NCBI GenBank assembly: GCA_964626205.1 | Contig: CAZVED010000009.1 | Span: 1-34,447 of the forward strand | Origin: an uncultured Gammaproteobacteria bacterium | GTDB taxonomy: Bacteria > Patescibacteriota > Patescibacteriia > SG8-24 | Length of the DNA stretch: 34,447 nucleotides | Direction: 5' to 3' | In this document: piece after piece, positions 32,719 through 34,447 of the stretch | Layout: each line of letters opens with the position of its first letter | Position numbering within the stretch: position 1 is the stretch's first letter | Notes under the pieces: model-generated | The model's input: only the letters and a program-made list of their open reading frames with translations | The model's database searches: none | Told to the model about the DNA's origin: nothing | Made by a program: the position numbers and the translations under genes

Positions 32719-32819
32719 ATGGCGTGGTAGAAATGATACGCGCAGTATACCACGCTGGCCCGGCAAATGGGGGCTATGCTATGCTGAAAGAGATGCGCTA
32801 ATTCCTCAACGTCAGCACT

Positions 32820-33053
32820 ATGGCCAACATCACGATCTATTCCACGCCGACCTGCCCCTACTGCAAGATGGCGAAGGAGTACCTCACGAGTAAAAACACC
32901 GCGTTCACGGACGTCGATGTGTCCTCCGACCAGGATGCCGCGGCCAAGATGGTCGAGATCTCCGGCCAGATGGGCGTGCCGGTCATCGATATCGACGGAA
33001 AGATTATCGTCGGGTTCGACAAGGATGAGTTGAACGCCACGCTCGGGTTGTAG
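32820..33053 (+). CDS. glutaredoxin-family protein (NrdH/Grx-like)
   Basis: 77 aa MANITIYSTPTCPYCKMAKEYL...GVPVIDIDGK..., with a CPYC active site. Confidence 0.9.
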   Translation: MANITIYSTPTCPYCKMAKEYLTSKNTAFTDVDVSSDQDAAAKMVEISGQMGVPVIDIDGKIIVGFDKDELNATLGL

Positions 33054-33066
33054 TCTCTGTGTGGAC

Positions 33067-33154
33067 GGCGCGGGTCCTGCCGCTGCGTTTCTCCACTTCA
33101 CTGCGCGCCAGAGGCGCGCAGCTTGTGGAGGCCTCTCGCAGCGTCACCCGCGCC
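33067..33154 (+). other. 88-nt GC-rich nested imperfect hairpin between the grx stop and its terminator
   Basis: Four nested helices found by hand: 33067-74/33147-54 (8 bp), 33081-87/33137-43 (7 bp), 33091-96/33125-30 (6 bp) and 33101-09/33113-21 (9 bp, loop AGA). Confidence 0.4.
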
Positions 33155-33163
33155 CCTCAAACG

Positions 33164-33192
33164 AAACGACCACCTCGCAGTGGTCGTTTTTT
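33164..33192 (+). terminator. rho-independent terminator
   Basis: AAACGACCAC-CTCGCA-GTGGTCGTTT is a 10-bp perfect stem, with the T run continuing to 33192. Confidence 0.8.
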
Positions 33193-33196
33193 GTTC

Positions 33197-33205
33197 TGCT
33201 ATACT
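33197..33205 (+). promoter_or_regulatory. candidate extended -10 element TGCTATACT (leaderless arrangement)
   Basis: The hexamer TATACT ends 6 nt before ATG 33212, and the element starts 4 nt after the terminator T run. Confidence 0.45.
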
Positions 33206-33211
33206 GTCCGC

Positions 33212-33649
33212 ATGATGACCAACCTCAAAGACCTCCTGCGTCGACCGATTCCCATCCCCGCGCTGCGACCTGGGCAAATTTTGCGATGGACAATCTCATT
33301 CATCGCAATCGACCTCGTCGCGCTATTCTTAGTGATGATGGGTTGCATCACGCAACCGGACCTTTGCGGCGTCGGTGCGGTATTCCTCATCGCGGGATTT
33401 TACTACCCCTACGGCATTCTCCTGGAATTCCTACCGGACCTCGGCGCCATCGATGGCCTCGCTGTCTCCACCTACGTCATTCCGATTCTCGGCGTCCTGA
33501 TGCATGCCGGCCTAGGCGCACTCATCGGCTACGCGCGGCGCCACAAGACCGACTCGTGGTGGACCACGCTACCAGCAGGCGTTGCCATCGGCGTCATGAT
33601 GACCATCGTTCCATCAATGCTCATCATAAGTTTCCAACCACCGCTCTAA
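33212..33649 (+). CDS. hypothetical polytopic membrane protein
   Basis: ORF 33059..33649 trimmed to ATG 33212 (MMTNLKDLLRRPIPIP...), because the upstream extension runs through the hairpin and terminator. Several hydrophobic helices. No family recognised. Confidence 0.6.
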   Translation: MMTNLKDLLRRPIPIPALRPGQILRWTISFIAIDLVALFLVMMGCITQPDLCGVGAVFLIAGFYYPYGILLEFLPDLGAIDGLAVSTYVIPILGVLMHAGLGALIGYARRHKTDSWWTTLPAGVAIGVMMTIVPSMLIISFQPPL

Positions 33650-33662
33650 ACCTCACGAAACA

Positions 33663-33695
33663 AAACGACCCCGCCGCTATGGTGGGGTCGTTTTT
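33663..33695. terminator. bidirectional intrinsic terminator (membrane protein gene / peroxiredoxin)
   Basis: AAACGACCCC-(11-nt loop)-GGGGTCGTTT is a 10-bp perfect stem, with the T run continuing. It sits between convergent stops at 33649 and 33709. Confidence 0.75.
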
Positions 33696-33708
33696 CGTTC
33701 CGAGAAAC

Positions 33709-34233
33709 CTACGCCTTCCCAAGCGTCTTCCCACCCTTCACCCAACCCACCGGGCAGAGTTCGCCGGTCTGGAGGGCCGTGAGGACGCGGAGGACTTCGT
33801 CGACCGAGCGGCCGACGTTACGGTCGTGGTACACGGCGTAGCGGAGCTTCTGTTCCGGGTCGATGATGAACGTGCCGCGCAATGCCACGCCTTCTTCTTC
33901 GATGAGCGTGCCGTAGTCGCGGGAGACCTCACGCTTCATGTCCGCGAGGAGCGGGTAGCCGAGCTTGCCGAGGTCCTTGAGCCAAGCCTTGTGCGAGTGG
34001 ACGGAGTCGGTCGAGATGCCGATGACCTCGGCGTTCAGGGCCTTGAACTCGGATTCCTTCTCCGAGAAGCCCTGGATCTCTGTCGGGCAGACGAAGGTGA
34101 AGTCCAAGGGGTAGAAGAACATGACGAGCCACTTGCCTTTGTAGTCGGAGAGCTTGTAGCGCTTGAAATCCTGATCGTCCTGGACGCCCTCGAGGTCGAA
34201 ATCCGGGGCCATGCGTTCAACGCGTGCGAGCAT
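33709..34233 (-). CDS. typical 2-Cys peroxiredoxin (AhpC/Tsa family)
   Basis: 174 aa with the peroxidatic Cys motif ...FFYPLDFTFVCPTEI... and the resolving Cys ...GELCPVGW.... Confidence 0.93.
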   Translation of the reverse strand: MLARVERMAPDFDLEGVQDDQDFKRYKLSDYKGKWLVMFFYPLDFTFVCPTEIQGFSEKESEFKALNAEVIGISTDSVHSHKAWLKDLGKLGYPLLADMKREVSRDYGTLIEEEGVALRGTFIIDPEQKLRYAVYHDRNVGRSVDEVLRVLTALQTGELCPVGWVKGGKTLGKA

Positions 34234-34271
34234 AGAATGTGTCCTAGTGGCGGGTCTGGAGGCCCGCGGGG

Positions 34272-34280
34272 AATTATCCA
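34272..34280 (-). promoter_or_regulatory. candidate -10 region TGGATAATT for the peroxiredoxin gene
   Basis: The minus strand reads TGGATAATT (GATAAT or ATAATT hexamer), with 38 nt between its last base and ATG 34233. Confidence 0.3.
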
Positions 34281-34312
34281 GAGGGAGATATGACAGCCGA
34301 GAGGCCTTCGCC

Positions 34313-34318
34313 TATACT
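34313..34318 (+). promoter_or_regulatory. candidate -10 box TATACT
   Basis: TATACT ends 13 nt before ATG 34332. Confidence 0.3.
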
Positions 34319-34331
34319 ACTGTCATCACAG

Positions 34332-34447
34332 ATGGTACTCGAAACCCACCTTATCGCCAAGACCATGGGACGCATCAACTACGGAAAAGCCGGATGGATC
34401 ACGCTCACTATCGCTTTGTTGCTGGTTCTTGGGGTGGGGTTTGCTAC
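34332..34447 (+). CDS. possible 5' end of a membrane protein gene (runs off window)
   Basis: My translation is MVLETHLIAKTMGRINYGKAGWITLTIALLLVLGVGFA..., with a hydrophobic helix. Only 38 codons are visible, and the start could be the internal Met. Confidence 0.3.
   Translation, partial: MVLETHLIAKTMGRINYGKAGWITLTIALLLVLGVGFA

Noticed and set aside
30994-32730. 578-aa ORF on the plus strand, almost exactly as long as glgP and fully antisense to it.
   Set aside because: It is the codon-aligned shadow frame of glgP. Both frames share the same codon boundaries, so antisense stops can arise only from sense TTA, CTA or TCA codons, which are rare in this GC-rich gene. The product is Arg/His/Gly-rich low-complexity sequence with no motifs, whereas the minus-strand product has clear GT35 motifs.
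34242-34248. TCCTAGT upstream of the peroxiredoxin gene, matching part of the Rrf2 palindrome half-site (AAATCCTAGTA).
   Set aside because: Only a 7-nt match with no inverted partner. Several such matches are expected by chance in 34 kb on two strands.

Overview
GC-rich (by eye, not computed), gene-dense bacterial chromosomal window with about 40 protein genes. I found no rRNA, tRNA, CRISPR array, transposase, integrase or recognisable defence genes. The minus strand at the left end carries an F-type ATP synthase operon (atpI-like, atpB, atpE, atpF, atpH, start of atpA), preceded by a separately terminated cation:proton antiporter. Next come mgtE, msrA fused by ATGA to a P-type ATPase, rpmB, a saccharopine-dehydrogenase-like enzyme, a NodB-type deacetylase, a TlpA-like thioredoxin, a 50-codon zinc-ribbon microprotein candidate, an M3 oligoendopeptidase, an SLT-domain protein, a TrmH methyltransferase, an orphan receiver domain, a secreted four-repeat protein, cupin-VIT1, a DUF378 protein with a Cys/His/Met tail, a GH5 hydrolase and an adenosine-deaminase-family gene. 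The right half holds a compact Rrf2-sufB-sufD-sufS-sufU-sufC-sufT operon, a glgP-GT4-GT4 operon, glutaredoxin, a small membrane protein and a 2-Cys peroxiredoxin. The window reads as core housekeeping, redox and metal-homeostasis DNA rather than an accessory island, and I could not identify an obvious new multi-gene system. The main second-look items are: (1) a Na+-type two-carboxylate signature in the ATP synthase c subunit, (2) three alternating REP/BIME-like palindromes with covarying stems between convergent terminators, (3) a perfect 25-bp palindrome over the promoter and start codon of the Rrf2 gene heading the suf operon, (4) a recurrent TGCTAYNCT extended -10 motif with several apparently leaderless genes, (5) a stand-alone zinc-ribbon microprotein gene, and (6) an 88-nt nested hairpin downstream of glutaredoxin. 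All motif coordinates were indexed by hand against ORF-track anchors. No database search or folding calculation was possible.
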